From: Basidiobolus meristosporus CBS 931.73
Taxonomy: Eukaryota; Fungi; Basidiobolomycota
Assembly (NCBI GenBank): GCA_002104905.1
Contig: MCFE01000321.1
Location: 1-64,000 of the forward strand
Direction: 5' to 3'
Length of the DNA stretch: 64,000 bases
Every line of letters starts with the position of its first letter. Positions within the stretch are counted from its first letter, which is position 1. The notes below the pieces were generated by a model. That model saw nothing but the letters and a program-made list of their open reading frames with translations. It was not told the DNA's origin and did no database searches. The position numbers and the translations under genes are program-made. Positions 62,470-64,000 of the stretch are shown here, one piece after another.

Positions 62470-63129
62470 TACAAAGCAAATTCCCTTCGATTCTATCAAT
62501 AAATGATGTTCAGTAAAGCATACAGCGGGCTCGGTGGATAGAGAGAGACAAGGGGAGGAATGTTACCTAATCCGTGTCCGTCGGGGAGGAATATATACTG
62601 ACGTACTCGAACAATGGCATATTATCGCCGTGCAGCACGATCGCGTTCGATCAGTCATCCAGCTGGCAACAATGCCTCGAGAAGAATCCCTGGTGGCCCT
62701 GATGCATCGCGACAGTAATTGTGAATCGATTAGCTGGTGCCGGCTGAATGCGCTTGCCGCTAGATTGAGGCTGGAGGCACAGCGCGGGCGCAACAAATAA
62801 ATGCCATACGATCACTACGGTGTTTATTCCATCAATCAGGCGGAGTCGGCGAATGCCATCACATGTGGTATCGGGGGATATAACCCTTAAGGTTACACGA
62901 ATCAGCGAACATGGATTCCCTGACCCCTCCCCACCCACCATCAAGGCAGCCTTGAGCTGTGGTGATTTTAGGGCCACGAAAATCAAGCCAAATGATGCGG
63001 GATTTTGGGGCCCCATTCACGGCGCAGATTCAAGCTTTTGGTTGGGGTAAGGCGGACTACCCATTCTAAAAACCATCCGCCCGTAGGACGTCAAGCACTT
63101 TGGCCTACTCCTCTGATCTCCCCTTCAGT

Positions 63130-63548
63130 ATGTCTCTTGCCAACTACATCAAGAACAGCTCTTTCCTTAAAAAAATATTCGTCCCCTTGGGCAACGCATA
63201 CGCCAACGCTGCTGGCTACAGACGCCTTGGTAACTACTAGATCTTCCCCATGCAGCCTGGCTCTCACTAATCCTCCCTTCCACAGGTCTGCGTTATGACG
63301 ACATCATCGCCGAAGAAAGCGACATTGTTAGAGAGGCTTTGAGACGCCTTCCTGAAAAAGAGGCCTACGACAGAGCATACCGTCTGCGTGTCGCCATGCA
63401 ATGCTCTTTGTCCCACACCGAGCTTCCAAAGGCCCAATGGACCAAGGCTGAGGATGACGTCCGTTATCTCCAGCCTATCATCGATGACGTTGAGCGCGAG
63501 TACGCCGAACGTGCTCAGTTCGACTCTCTTAAGCCCACTCGCAATTAA
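63130..63548 (+). CDS. QCR7: Cytochrome bc1 complex subunit 7, one intron
   Basis: MSLANYIK...YANAAGYRRL|GLRYDDIIAEE...ALRRLP...DRAYRLRVAMQCSL. Confidence 0.95.
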
Positions 63549-63776
63549 ACTCATGTAGCCACCCTTCCCGCCGATTTCTTCTTACATAAGCATTTTCGAA
63601 ACACCATTAAACCATTGTGTACCAAACGAACCAGTTGGCGTTTGCGTTTGCGTTTGCTTTTTCCTTGGCCTGGGGGTTTATTTATATGATCAGGCTGAGG
63701 TGTTGGTAACTGGCGGGCTAAGTGCAGCTTGGTGGATCTTGTAATACACTCCATTATGTACACATTTCCGGATAGT

Positions 63777-63972
63777 TTAATGGATTCTAGCTAGTCCTTC
63801 AATGATCTTGGTTAGCTCTTCAACGGTGGTCTTCAGCGGTGCGCCTCCGTCTATCCCAGTCACCACGTCCTCCATGCGCTCTTTCTTCAGATCCAAAAAG
63901 CATTCAATCAAATCGCCATCCAAGAATCCATGGCAGGCAACTGTCTTGCGTTCGTTCTGGAAGGCTCTCCAC
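63777..63972 (-). CDS. DDB1: DNA damage-binding protein 1, last exon (gene continues beyond the window)
   Basis: WRAFQNERKT...GFLDGDLIECFLDL...VEELTKIIEGLARIH* matches the DDB1 C-terminus. AG acceptor at 63973-63974. Confidence 0.85.
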
Positions 63973-64000
63973 CTAAAAGGGCTCATGTTAGTGCGTGCAG

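Noticed and set aside
61300-62506. Long plus-strand ORFs (226 aa, 191 aa) over SEC2, and similar ORFs over SCL1, CMS1, ROM2 and HACL1
   Set aside because: Antisense or alternate-frame shadows of GC3-rich genes, with no recognisable motifs.

Overview
Eukaryotic (fungal) genomic DNA in two sharply different compartments. Positions 1 to about 44.9 kb are a gene-free, almost CpG-free block of nested transposable elements. It contains one young Ty1/Copia element with an open 1305-aa polyprotein, 369-bp LTRs and an ATCTC TSD, plus a solo LTR of that family. It also holds relics of a second Copia family, two Ty3/Gypsy relics, two other LTR-like repeat families, a ~730-bp foldback element with TA TSD, and at least four decayed copies of a CACTA(CMC/EnSpm)-type element. 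That element's transposase is repeatedly linked head-to-head to a large unknown ORF. Positions from about 45.3 kb to 64 kb are a compact, CpG-normal, intron-rich block of nine genes with no TE remnant recognised: a YEA4/SLC35B4 transporter, RPP1 (apparent 1-bp frameshift), an EF-hand/coiled-coil/TM protein resembling KASH5/Kms1, a ROM-type Rho GEF, CMS1, proteasome alpha-1, 2-hydroxyacyl-CoA lyase, SEC2 and QCR7. The 3' end of DDB1 closes the window. An early-diverging fungal lineage is my guess from gene content and intron style, not a demonstrated result. All alignments, identities and counts were made by eye, and boundaries marked approximate may be off by tens of bases.
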